From assembly GCA_963667675.1 (NCBI GenBank), contig OY763929.1, forward strand, positions 719,386 to 783,385: a DNA stretch of 64,000 nt, in the 5' to 3' direction. The notes beneath the pieces were generated by a model. That model was given only the letters and a program-made list of their open reading frames with translations, did not search any database and was not told where the DNA came from. Positions 37,857 through 46,684 of the stretch are shown here, in pieces (the stretch's first letter is position 1; each line of letters opens with the position of its first letter). Both the position numbers and the translations under genes were made by a program. This stretch comes from Dehalococcoidia bacterium (lineage in GTDB: Bacteria > Chloroflexota > Dehalococcoidia > Lucifugimonadales > UBA3495).

Positions 37857-39524
37857 GTGAAAGTAGTGGGTGTGGATTTCGGCACAACCAACATTCGTAT
37901 TGCAACCTGGGATCCCAGTCAGACCGATATACCACCTAAATCTAGTCTGATTGGGCAAGGTGACGCTACTACTATGCCAGCGGTAGTTGCATTCCAGCGG
38001 CGACGGGGACGCACCGTATCGACTATAGTGGGAGAGGATGCGGATAATCTAGTGGATAGCGCCGACACAGTAGTGCTGCGCAACATCAAACGCTGGGCTC
38101 TTGCTAATGACCCCTTCGTATGTTGGAATCTGGAATCCAGAAGTATTCCACGTCCGACTTGGTGGAACCAAGAAACCCGATGTGTTGAGGTTTGGGGAGA
38201 GCAGATTCCTGTTGAGAAAATTATGCATGAAATCTTGGCTGAGGCCTTTCGACGGGCTAACTTAAGCGGGGACTTTGAATGGCGGGCTGGGTGCCCGGTT
38301 CACGCCGGTCTTGACTACCGTTCCGAGTTGGCCCGCACAATTTCCAATTTCGGCGGCGTCAACAGCGTTTCATCGGTGATTGAGGAACCGATCCTATTCC
38401 TTGCGTTGGCTCAGGAATTTGGCGTCCTTTCTCCAGGTGGTTCCTACATGATATTTGATCTGGGTGGAGGCTCCTTTGACTGCGCCTTGAGTGAAGTGGA
38501 TTCGAAAGGGCGCATAGTAGTGTACGCGTCTCATGGAGACCCATTGCTAGGGGGATCTGAGGTAGACCGGCACCTCAAGGAGAAATTGGATTATGCTGGG
38601 CCAGACAACTTGCTACGAATTGCCAAAGAACAACTTTCACTTTCGAACCCCACCCAAGCAGTGGATGCCGGATTGAGTCTTTCCAGTGCAGACGTAGATT
38701 GTGTCCTGAGAAAGAAGCGTTTTGTGGAACGGACTCGGCTTCCGATGCGGGAAGCATATATTTGGGCGAAGGTCATCTGGAAACGGGAAGAGGATGCGTC
38801 CCCAATCGGCAACATTCCTCCATGCAGGCTAGAGATGTTACCAACTGCTTTTGAGAAAGATCTGGATGGCATCATTCTGTCTGGTGGCCCCACCAAGTCC
38901 TCATTTTTCCGCGAGAAACTCTCGGAAATCTTCGGGGCCGACATGGTGATTCCTGCTGAACAGCTGGTGCCCCAAGATATTGCTGACCCGGAATTGACCG
39001 GCCTAAGCATGGGGGCATGTTACATTTCGGGAGAGCAAACCCAACCCCTTTATGTCAGCCGCCTGCCATTTAAAGTCACGCTGCATCACGTACCTTCTGG
39101 GGACAAAGTAGAATACGAACCTTACAGGCATTTTGTTTACAACTTCAGTCCGGCCAAACCGTTTGAGTCTGAATGTCTACCCCCAAGGCCGCAAGCTGAT
39201 ACTAAATACGTTCTGACAATCTCCGATGCTAATGGCGAACTCCTCGAGAGCAAGCCAATAGATTTCAGCAAAGGCGGAGGCCCCCAGTCAGCCGTGCGGT
39301 CTCCTCAATTGGTGATTGACATTTTTGGTCGCATTGGTGTCGCCAACGACAAAACTAGTAAACCCTGGATTGAAATCGAGAATCCGCCCTGGCAAACTGG
39401 CCGACAGAAGGAACTGCGTCACGACCTTTTCAAGAGACAGCGGGCCTACGAACAAAGCGAAGGGGCTCGGGTACACAAGCTGATAACAGAGAATCCCTTC
39501 GGCTGGCAGACAGGCCACGGCTAA
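37857..39524 (+). CDS. divergent Hsp70/actin-fold ATPase with a non-canonical ~150-aa C-terminal beta-rich domain
   Basis: GTG start, 7 nt after the RBS AGGAG that overlaps the upstream stop. Motifs VGVDFGTTNIRIA (phosphate 1), MIFDLGGGSFDCAL (phosphate 2) and IILSGGPTKSSFFREKL (adenosine). No DnaK-like substrate-binding or lid sequence is recognisable. Confidence 0.75.
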   Translation: MKVVGVDFGTTNIRIATWDPSQTDIPPKSSLIGQGDATTMPAVVAFQRRRGRTVSTIVGEDADNLVDSADTVVLRNIKRWALANDPFVCWNLESRSIPRPTWWNQETRCVEVWGEQIPVEKIMHEILAEAFRRANLSGDFEWRAGCPVHAGLDYRSELARTISNFGGVNSVSSVIEEPILFLALAQEFGVLSPGGSYMIFDLGGGSFDCALSEVDSKGRIVVYASHGDPLLGGSEVDRHLKEKLDYAGPDNLLRIAKEQLSLSNPTQAVDAGLSLSSADVDCVLRKKRFVERTRLPMREAYIWAKVIWKREEDASPIGNIPPCRLEMLPTAFEKDLDGIILSGGPTKSSFFREKLSEIFGADMVIPAEQLVPQDIADPELTGLSMGACYISGEQTQPLYVSRLPFKVTLHHVPSGDKVEYEPYRHFVYNFSPAKPFESECLPPRPQADTKYVLTISDANGELLESKPIDFSKGGGPQSAVRSPQLVIDIFGRIGVANDKTSKPWIEIENPPWQTGRQKELRHDLFKRQRAYEQSEGARVHKLITENPFGWQTGHG

Positions 39525-39571
39525 GCAGACTCCTCCCACTACACCGCTCCCTGTAAAAGGTTCCGTCGCGT

Positions 39572-39650
39572 GCTTGGCCAAGGGGCGACGGAAGTCCACC
39601 GGCAGTTGGAGGGACTGGCGACCACCGGCAAGCTGCTGCTTATCCCCTAA
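39572..39650 (+). repeat. remnant C of a qor-type 3' end (...LGQGATEVHRQLEGLATTGKLLLIP*)
   Basis: About 75 nt paralleling qor 32375-32448 (SLGDAAEAHRQLEGRATTGKLLLIP*) with scattered substitutions and one codon indel. Confidence 0.7.
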
Positions 39651-39739
39651 CAGTTGACCGCTTCACTAGACTATTCCTATAATGAGCCCAGGTTCAATCG
39701 ACGGGGAATAGGCCCAGGTCCGACCTAGAGGAGACAAAA

Positions 39740-40051
39740 ATGGCGGAAGCAACGCTGACCACAGACTCAGTCACCGAGGCGCTCAAGACCGTCTACGACC
39801 CGGAGATTCCCGTGAACGTGGTGGACTTGGGGCTGATTTACGACGTGCAAGTCAACGACGGCGGCAACGTCTACGTCCAGATGACCCTTACCTTCCCCGG
39901 CTGCGGCATGGGGCCCTTCATCGCCCAGCAGGCCGAATGGGCCATCCAGGACCTGGACGGCGTCGAGGAAGTCGAAATAGAGTTGGTCTTCGATCCCCCC
40001 TGGTCGCCGGAACTGATTAGCGAAGAGGCCAAGGCCCAGTTGGGCATCTAG
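39740..40051 (+). CDS. DUF59 (SufT/PaaD-like) Fe-S cluster assembly protein
   Basis: VTEALKTVYDPEIPVNVVDLGLIYDV...MTLTFPGCGM is the signature. Confidence 0.8.
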   Translation: MAEATLTTDSVTEALKTVYDPEIPVNVVDLGLIYDVQVNDGGNVYVQMTLTFPGCGMGPFIAQQAEWAIQDLDGVEEVEIELVFDPPWSPELISEEAKAQLGI

Positions 40052-40056
40052 CTGCG

Positions 40057-40866
40057 ATGCCGACCCCCCAGGAGACCGCCCGCCTCGAGCAAATCAAGCG
40101 TAGCTGGCAACAGAAGCGCCAGATAACCGACCGGCTGTCCAAGATACGCACCACCCTGGGCATCTACAGCGGCAAGGGCGGCGTCGGCAAGACCACTGTG
40201 GCCGTCAACCTCGCCGTGACTTTGGCCAAAGAGGGGTGCAAGGTCGGGCTGCTCGACGTGGACATCGACTGCCCCAACGTAAACAAAGTCCTGGGTATAA
40301 CCGACAAGCCGGGATACGCCGACGGCCAGATAACCCCCGCCGAAAAATGGGGCGTCAAGGTCGTGTCGATGGGCTTTTTCCAGGAGCGTGAAGAAGAGGC
40401 CATAATCTGGCGGGGACCGATGATTCACAACGCCATCAACCAGTTCCTCCAGGCAACCGATTGGGGCGACCTGGACTATCTGCTGGTGGACCTGCCCCCC
40501 GGCACCTCCGACTCCCCCCTCACCGTTATGCAGACCATCCCGTTAGATGGGTTCGTGGTTGTCAGCACACCTCAGGAGTTAGCCACTATCGACGCCAAGC
40601 GTTGCATCAACATGATTCGCAAGCTCAACCTCAATGTCCTGGGAATAGTGGAAAACTACACCGGAGAAGTTTTCGGCGAAGGAGCGGGCAAAAGGCTGGC
40701 CCAGGACGTAGACGCCCCCTTCCTGGGATCCCTGGCCCTCCGCTCCAGCTACCGCGACACTTCGAGTCCCACAGCACTGGCCGACCCCGACGTGGGCCAG
40801 GAATACGCCGCTCTGGCCTCCGGCGTCCGCACCAGCCTCCAGGAACTAGGCCGCGAAGCCGCCTGA
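40057..40866 (+). CDS. Mrp/NBP35 (ApbC) family Fe-S cluster carrier ATPase
   Basis: Deviant Walker A SGKGGVGKTT and the DLPPGTSD motif. Confidence 0.85.
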   Translation: MPTPQETARLEQIKRSWQQKRQITDRLSKIRTTLGIYSGKGGVGKTTVAVNLAVTLAKEGCKVGLLDVDIDCPNVNKVLGITDKPGYADGQITPAEKWGVKVVSMGFFQEREEEAIIWRGPMIHNAINQFLQATDWGDLDYLLVDLPPGTSDSPLTVMQTIPLDGFVVVSTPQELATIDAKRCINMIRKLNLNVLGIVENYTGEVFGEGAGKRLAQDVDAPFLGSLALRSSYRDTSSPTALADPDVGQEYAALASGVRTSLQELGREAA

Positions 40867-40869
40867 CCC

Positions 40870-42771
40870 CTACTTCTTCCCGTTCTTCCCCACCTTGACC
40901 TTGACCTTCTTCTCTTTCTTGGCCTTGGCGGGTTTCTCTTCCTTGCCCCTGCGCCGCTGAGATCTCACCAGGCGGCCGCTGCGCGCCCCGTCGGCCGTGA
41001 TGTTCATCAACAGTTCCACTTCCAGGTTCATCGCTTCCTGGGAATAGGCGCTCTGCTCGCCCATCCTGCGGAACTTCTGGTAGCGCCGCTTCAGCAGCTT
41101 GCCCGTGGACATCCTGGACAACTCAGCCAGTTGTTTGCCCGCCGCCAGCCCCACCTCGTTGGCCGCTTCTCGGGGACTGGTATGGGCCCCGCCCTCTGGC
41201 TCGCATACCACCTGGTCGGCAATGCTTAGCTCCAGGCAGTCCTGCGCCGTCAACATCAACGCTTCCGCAGCCTCTCGGTCCAGCATGTGGTCCGGGTACG
41301 GCCCCCCCAGATGCCGGTTCAGCGATATGGGAGAATAAATCGAGTATTGCTGCATCAGGATGCGGTCCGACAATCCCAGAGCCAACGCTCCCTCGCTGCC
41401 GCCCTCTCCAATGATGACGGAAACGATGGGCACCGGCGCCTCTGCCATTTGCGACAGCGTAGTCGCCACCGCGTTCCCTATTCCCTGCTCTTCCGCCTCC
41501 AGGCCGGGGTCCGCTCCGTTGGTGTCGATAAGCGTAACCAAGGGGAGCTTGAACCGTGACGCCAGCGAGATCAGCCGCTGCGCTTTTCTCAGCCCGTCCG
41601 GGTAGACGTGGTACCGCTCGCCCTCCAGCAGGTGAGTCCGCTGCTGGCCGATGACCACCACCGGCTCCCCGTGCAGCACTCCGACCCCTCCTACTATCGA
41701 CCGGTCGTCGCTGTTCAGCCGGTCCCCCCTTAACTCCACGAAGGGGTCTAGCATCGAGTGAATATATGTCATTGCCAGGGGACGCTCCGGATGGCGCGCA
41801 ATGGTCACCGACTCCCATACCTCGGCGCCGGGCGGTGTGTCCAACTCTGTTTTGAGCAGCGCCTTGTGATTGCCCTTGCCCTGCCCCTGGGAGGTAAACA
41901 GTTGCAGCAGCGTCGCCAGCCGCGATTGGAGCACCTCCCGGTCCACCACGTTGTCCAGCAGCCCGTGGCTCAGGTGGGCCTCCGCAGTGTGGGCGTCCAA
42001 CGGCAATGGCGTGTTGGACGCCGCCCGCAGGGCCCGCAGCGGCGCCAGGCCTATCATCGACCCTGGCTCGGCAAGTATTACGTCCGCCAGGTTGGCGAAA
42101 CTGGCATAGGCCTGGCCCGTCGATGGATTCGACAGCACCACGATGAAGGGTGTCCCCTCCTCCCTCAAGCGGTTGGCCGCCGTCACCGTCTTGGCCATCT
42201 GCATCAGGGAAAGCACCCCTTCCTGCATCCGGCTCCCGCCGCCCGATACCATCGCCACCACAGGCAGGCTCTTCCGGGCCGCCGTCTCGAAGGCTCTGGC
42301 CACTTTTTCTCCCACCACGATGCCCATGCTGCCGCCCATAAACCCGAAGTCCAGCGCCGCCACCATAACCTCAATGTCGTCGATTCGACACCGTCCGGTC
42401 ACCGCGGCTTCAGTCAGCCCGGTGGAGCTCTGGTCCTGGCTCAGCAGGTTGCGGTACTTGCCCCTTTGGGAAAAGGACAGCGGCTCCGTAGAACTCAGGT
42501 ATTTGTGGGACTCTTTGAACGACCCCTTGTCCGCCAGCAACTCGATGCGTTCCCTGGCGGTCAGGGTATAGTGGAACCGGCAGTAGGGGCACACCCGGTA
42601 GGTCAGGTATGCCGAAGACTCCCGTATATCCTCCTCGCACAGCAGGCAACGGTCATGAACGGTGGAGAGGCGCGCCGCCTCAGCGTCACCGTTCCGCCCG
42701 AACAGGTGTACCAGAAAGCTCGCCAGGTTTCTCAGTTTCGCGCCTCCGCCGTTTGCTTCCTTGCGCCCCAT
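40870..42771 (-). CDS. accD/accA: acetyl-CoA carboxylase carboxyltransferase, fused beta (AccD) and alpha (AccA) subunits, with a Lys-rich tail
   Basis: N-terminal zinc ribbon CLLCEE...CPYCRFHY, followed by two crotonase-like CT halves. The C-terminal tail is KEEKPAKAKKEKKVKVKVGKNGKK. The start at ATG 42771 (MGRKEANGG) is preferred because the track start 42996 overlaps the divergent gene. Confidence 0.85.
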   Translation of the reverse strand: MGRKEANGGGAKLRNLASFLVHLFGRNGDAEAARLSTVHDRCLLCEEDIRESSAYLTYRVCPYCRFHYTLTARERIELLADKGSFKESHKYLSSTEPLSFSQRGKYRNLLSQDQSSTGLTEAAVTGRCRIDDIEVMVAALDFGFMGGSMGIVVGEKVARAFETAARKSLPVVAMVSGGGSRMQEGVLSLMQMAKTVTAANRLREEGTPFIVVLSNPSTGQAYASFANLADVILAEPGSMIGLAPLRALRAASNTPLPLDAHTAEAHLSHGLLDNVVDREVLQSRLATLLQLFTSQGQGKGNHKALLKTELDTPPGAEVWESVTIARHPERPLAMTYIHSMLDPFVELRGDRLNSDDRSIVGGVGVLHGEPVVVIGQQRTHLLEGERYHVYPDGLRKAQRLISLASRFKLPLVTLIDTNGADPGLEAEEQGIGNAVATTLSQMAEAPVPIVSVIIGEGGSEGALALGLSDRILMQQYSIYSPISLNRHLGGPYPDHMLDREAAEALMLTAQDCLELSIADQVVCEPEGGAHTSPREAANEVGLAAGKQLAELSRMSTGKLLKRRYQKFRRMGEQSAYSQEAMNLEVELLMNITADGARSGRLVRSQRRRGKEEKPAKAKKEKKVKVKVGKNGKK

Positions 42772-42952
42772 CCCGCAGATCGCCTCCTCACCCGCACACC
42801 GGTCTGTTCTTATCATACAGTGTGCTGCCCCAAAATAAAACGACGTGACCGCATACCGTGATAGAATGTCGCCATCCGGCGGTTTAAGTCGTCGGACTCC
42901 GCATCCCCATATCCGCACGTTTGGGGGTAATTCAGCCTGAGGAGGAACGCCC

Positions 42953-43681
42953 ATGCCCGCTAGCTGGGTAGACATCGACGTCAACGGACAGACCATGGAG
43001 GGCTATCTGGCCCAGCCCGAAGACGAGGGCAGCCGCCCGGCCGTTGTTGTGATTCAAGAGATTTGGGGTGTCAACTCCCACATCCAGTCCGTCACCGACA
43101 AGCTCCCTGCACAAGGATACGTGGGGCTCGCCCCCGCGATGTTCCACCGCCAGGGACGCATGACCATGGGTCTCCACGAGGAAATGGACACCGCCATCGC
43201 CAACATGTTCAAGTGCAGCGACGCTGAAATCGTCGCCGACGTGCAGGCCGCGGTCGACTACCTCAAGGCCCAGCCCTTCGTTCAGGCCGACCGCATTGGC
43301 ATCGTGGGCTTCTGTTTCGGCGGCAGGGTCTCCTACCTGGCGGCCTGCAACGTCTCGGACTTGAAGGCCTCCGTCGTGTACTACGGCGGCATGATTACGG
43401 ACCCCCTCGGCGGCGACGGCCCCTCTCCCTTCGACCAGACCGCCAACATCAACGCCCCCATGCTGGGACTGTTCGGCGAGGATGACTCCAGTCCCAGTCC
43501 TGCCGACGTGGCCGCCATACAAGCCGTGCTTCAAAAGCACGGCAAGACCCACGAGTTTCACTTGTATCCCGGCTGCGGCCACGGCTTCAACTGCGAGTCC
43601 AGGGACAGCTACCGCCCCGAAGCCGCTGCCGACGCCTGGTCCAAGGCCATAGCCTGGTTCGACCAGCACCTGAAGGCCTAG
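42953..43681 (+). CDS. dienelactone hydrolase family protein
   Basis: ...PAVVVIQEIWGVN..., the nucleophile region IGIVGFCFGG, and ...YPGCGHGF. Confidence 0.8.
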   Translation: MPASWVDIDVNGQTMEGYLAQPEDEGSRPAVVVIQEIWGVNSHIQSVTDKLPAQGYVGLAPAMFHRQGRMTMGLHEEMDTAIANMFKCSDAEIVADVQAAVDYLKAQPFVQADRIGIVGFCFGGRVSYLAACNVSDLKASVVYYGGMITDPLGGDGPSPFDQTANINAPMLGLFGEDDSSPSPADVAAIQAVLQKHGKTHEFHLYPGCGHGFNCESRDSYRPEAAADAWSKAIAWFDQHLKA

Positions 43682-43743
43682 TGGTGCCCCTGAGCCGTCA
43701 TCGGACGACGGCGTTGCATTGAATCCGGATCGCAGGAGACACC

Positions 43744-44586
43744 GTGAGTAACGCAGACCTCCTACTGGAAGGCGCCCTGGACATCCACGTCCACATCGCT
43801 CCCGACGCCAAGGTTGCCAGGCGGGGCAGCGCCATCGACGTGGCCCGGCAGGCCCAGCAAATGGGCATGGGCGGCATGGTGCTGAAAAGCCACGAATACC
43901 CCACCCACCCCGTGGCCTACACCGCCATCCAAGCGGTTCCCGGAATCACCCTCATCGGCGGCGTAACCCTGAACATGGAGGTCGGCGGCTTGAACCCCAT
44001 GGCCGTGGAAAACACAGCTTTGATGGGTGGCAGGGTCGTCTGGATGCCCACCTTCTCCGCCAGGTCCGACCGCCAACGCCGGGGACTCAACGGCGGCATC
44101 TATATTCTCGACGACCAGGGCCGCCTGGCGCCCGAGGTCTACGCCATATTGGAGTTGGTCAGGTCCCACGATATGGTCCTGGCCACCGGCCACCTTTCCA
44201 CCGAAGAGAGCCTTGCCCTGGTCTCCGAGGCCCAGGACCTGGGAATTCGCCGCGTCCTGGTCACCCATGCCACCACCATGGCTAGCTGGAACGGGATGAC
44301 CATCGAGGACATGAAGAACCTCGCCGCCATGGGCGCCTACATCGAGCACTGCTTTCACGCCATCATGCCCCTGTCCAACCTCCTGGCTCCAAAGGACCTG
44401 GTGGAAGCCATCCTCGCCGTAGGCCCTGAGAACTGCATCGTCAGCACCGACTTCGGGCAGGACTTCCACCCCATGCCCGCCGAGGGACTGCGCATGGGCA
44501 TCGCCACCCTGCTCCAAGCCGGCATGGACGAGGTCGAAGTAGGCATGCTCGTCAAAGACAACCCCTCCAGGCTCATGGGCCTCTAA
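43744..44586 (+). CDS. TIM-barrel metal-dependent hydrolase-like protein (DUF6282/amidohydrolase-like)
   Basis: GTG start. ALDIHVHIAPD near the N-terminus and ...VLVTHAT... later. The family assignment is tentative. Confidence 0.5.
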   Translation: MSNADLLLEGALDIHVHIAPDAKVARRGSAIDVARQAQQMGMGGMVLKSHEYPTHPVAYTAIQAVPGITLIGGVTLNMEVGGLNPMAVENTALMGGRVVWMPTFSARSDRQRRGLNGGIYILDDQGRLAPEVYAILELVRSHDMVLATGHLSTEESLALVSEAQDLGIRRVLVTHATTMASWNGMTIEDMKNLAAMGAYIEHCFHAIMPLSNLLAPKDLVEAILAVGPENCIVSTDFGQDFHPMPAEGLRMGIATLLQAGMDEVEVGMLVKDNPSRLMGL

Positions 44587-46057
44587 CGCCCTCTTCAGCT
44601 GTCTCAAGAGTAACCCGCACCGCGACCCCGCCAGCCTTCACCCGCGCCCACTCCGCGATCCGGTAACCCACAACCCACGCAATGCCCCGCCGGGCGACCA
44701 GCAACGGTACGCGGTCCCGCCACTCCCGCAGGACCCGCGCGTCGCTGAAGAAGTCCTGTAGCTTCTTCTCCCCGCTCATGCCCAAAGGCTGGATGCGGTC
44801 GCCCGGCCGCCTAGTGCGCACCTCCAAAGGCTGTTCCAAAGCCCCTGGGTCGAAATAAGCCGTCCACGTGCCTGGGCCTGGCTCTCCAACTGCCTCAGGA
44901 ACAAACGACGTGACCCGCCGCAGCGTCACCCGCCACGGGCCCGCCCGATACGCCGTCGGACCCGCGTCCAATGAAGGAATGGCCAGGGAGTACGCGCCTT
45001 GCAACGCAGGAAACGGACTCGCCCCGCTGGGGAGCCGGGACAGGCGCAGGGAGTCGTACGACCTCTGGAACACCAAACCGTTGGGCAGGTCCACGCTGCG
45101 GCCGCTCTTGGGCGATTGGGCTAACTCCGCCATCGCTTCCAAGTGACGCTCCCCCAGCCGCCGAGTGTCTCCCGCCAGGCAGGCGTAGGCCTTGCGAAAC
45201 ACCAGCTTCTGCATAGCCGGGTGCAGCAGGGCCAGCGCAGCCCGGTCGAAAACCACCGCATCTTCCACTTCCGCCGCCGCCTGGGGCCACACTCGTTCCA
45301 CTTCCGCCGCCAGGTACTCCGACTCCAGGGTTGCCGTGCGGGACAGCCTGACCAGCGACCCCCGCACCTGGGGGTTGTATTCCGACGCCAGCAGGGGCAT
45401 TAAATTCCGGCGCACCCTGTTGCGCGTAAACCGGTGCAACAAATTCCCGGTGTCTTCCCGGTATGCCTGGCCCAGCTCCCGGCAATAGCCCGCGGTGTCC
45501 GCCTTGGTTACACTGAGCAGGGGCCGCAACAGCCGCAACCCGCTGTTGTTGCCGGAAAAAGGCCACGGCGACGACTCCGACATGCCCCTCAAGCCCTGGA
45601 TTCCCGAGCCCCGGAGAATGTGCAGCAAGACCGTCTCGGCCAAATCGTCCGAGGTGTGGCCCACCGCCACGGCGGATGCGCCCGTTTCTTCCGCAACCTG
45701 GGCCAGGAAAGAGTAGCGCAACTCCCTGGCAGCCTGTTCGAAAGACGAGATTCGGCGTTGCTTCTGGTGTTCCGCCACGTCCCGCTGTTCCACCGTCGCC
45801 GAGATGCCCAGGCCTGCGGCCAGCGCCGCGGCAAATCGCGCGTCCTCCTCCGCCTCCTCGCCTCGAAAGTCGTGGTTCAAGTGCGCGGCGTGGAGCCTCA
45901 GGCCGTGCCGTTGGCTCAGACGGGACAAGCAATGGAGCAGGGCCGAGGAGTCGGGCCCACCGGAAATGCCCACCACCAAGAGCGCCCCGTTGCCGGAAAA
46001 CCCGGCCCGCGCCAAAGCCTTCGCCGCAAGGCCCTCCAATCGGCCGGTAACGGGCAC
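44573..46057 (-). CDS. tilS: tRNA(Ile)-lysidine synthetase
   Basis: PP-loop VGISGGPDSSALLH. HTSDDLAETVLLHILRGSG. 494 aa with a C-terminal TilS substrate domain. Confidence 0.85.
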   Translation of the reverse strand: MPVTGRLEGLAAKALARAGFSGNGALLVVGISGGPDSSALLHCLSRLSQRHGLRLHAAHLNHDFRGEEAEEDARFAAALAAGLGISATVEQRDVAEHQKQRRISSFEQAARELRYSFLAQVAEETGASAVAVGHTSDDLAETVLLHILRGSGIQGLRGMSESSPWPFSGNNSGLRLLRPLLSVTKADTAGYCRELGQAYREDTGNLLHRFTRNRVRRNLMPLLASEYNPQVRGSLVRLSRTATLESEYLAAEVERVWPQAAAEVEDAVVFDRAALALLHPAMQKLVFRKAYACLAGDTRRLGERHLEAMAELAQSPKSGRSVDLPNGLVFQRSYDSLRLSRLPSGASPFPALQGAYSLAIPSLDAGPTAYRAGPWRVTLRRVTSFVPEAVGEPGPGTWTAYFDPGALEQPLEVRTRRPGDRIQPLGMSGEKKLQDFFSDARVLREWRDRVPLLVARRGIAWVVGYRIAEWARVKAGGVAVRVTLETAEEGVRGP

Positions 46058-46066
46058 GGGCTGCCT

Positions 46067-46684
46067 CTATCTGTTTTCGGGGGACAGGTGTGAGGTGGAG
46101 TTGTAGGACACCAGCCGGTGCTCCTGCCGGTCTCTCTCTACGACGGAAATAGATCCCAGGCTCAGCGTCATGCGGTGGAAGTTGTCCAGGGGCATCCCCA
46201 GCACCTTGCAGACCAGGGCCCGGATGGCGAAATTATGGGAGACGATGATCAAGGTGTCTTCTTGCCCATGGGCCTTCTCCACTTCGACCAGGGCGTTCCA
46301 AACCCGCTCTTGAAGTTGGCCCAGGGACTCTCCGTTGGGCATTGAGACCCCCGCCGGGTCCTCGCGCCAGGTGGCAAGGACTCCGGGCCAGTTGGCCCGC
46401 ATCTCCTCTCCCGTAGCCCCGTCCAGGTCCCCCAGGTCCAACTCCTGGAAATCTGGGACTCCCACCACGGGCTTGCCGCTGACCTGAGAAATCTCCTGGG
46501 CCACTTGCATGGTGCGGGGCAGCGGGCTGGAGTAAATCGCCGAGTGCTCGTATTCCGCGACTGCCCTCGCCGTTTCCTTGGCCTGGGCCATTCCCATTGC
46601 ATTCAGGCCAATCTCAGACTGGCCCTGAAACCTGCCCAGTTTGTTCCAGTCCGTTTCCCCGTGCCGCACTAGGACCAGGTTCAT
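46067..46684 (-). CDS. histidine phosphatase (phosphoglycerate mutase-like) family protein
   Basis: LVLVRHGETDWN and a later ...IVSHNFAIRAL histidine motif. Confidence 0.8.
   Translation of the reverse strand: MNLVLVRHGETDWNKLGRFQGQSEIGLNAMGMAQAKETARAVAEYEHSAIYSSPLPRTMQVAQEISQVSGKPVVGVPDFQELDLGDLDGATGEEMRANWPGVLATWREDPAGVSMPNGESLGQLQERVWNALVEVEKAHGQEDTLIIVSHNFAIRALVCKVLGMPLDNFHRMTLSLGSISVVERDRQEHRLVSYNSTSHLSPENR

Larger units (their letters stand above)
35873..39571 (+). mobile_element. low-GC two-gene island bracketed by qor 3'-end remnants (no recombinase present)
   Basis: Clear GC drop (about 50% by eye) relative to the flanks. Bounded by remnant B (35834-35872) and remnant C (39572-39650). 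Confidence 0.45.

Noticed and set aside
35873-39650. The island interpreted as a prophage or an integrative conjugative element.
   Set aside because: It holds only two genes. There are no integrase, capsid, terminase, relaxase or replication genes, so it is treated as a cargo cassette or remnant.
41758-42861. 367-aa plus-strand ORF within the accD/accA fusion.
   Set aside because: It is antisense to a gene with the AccD zinc ribbon and both carboxyltransferase halves, and its translation is Arg/Pro/Gln/His-rich.
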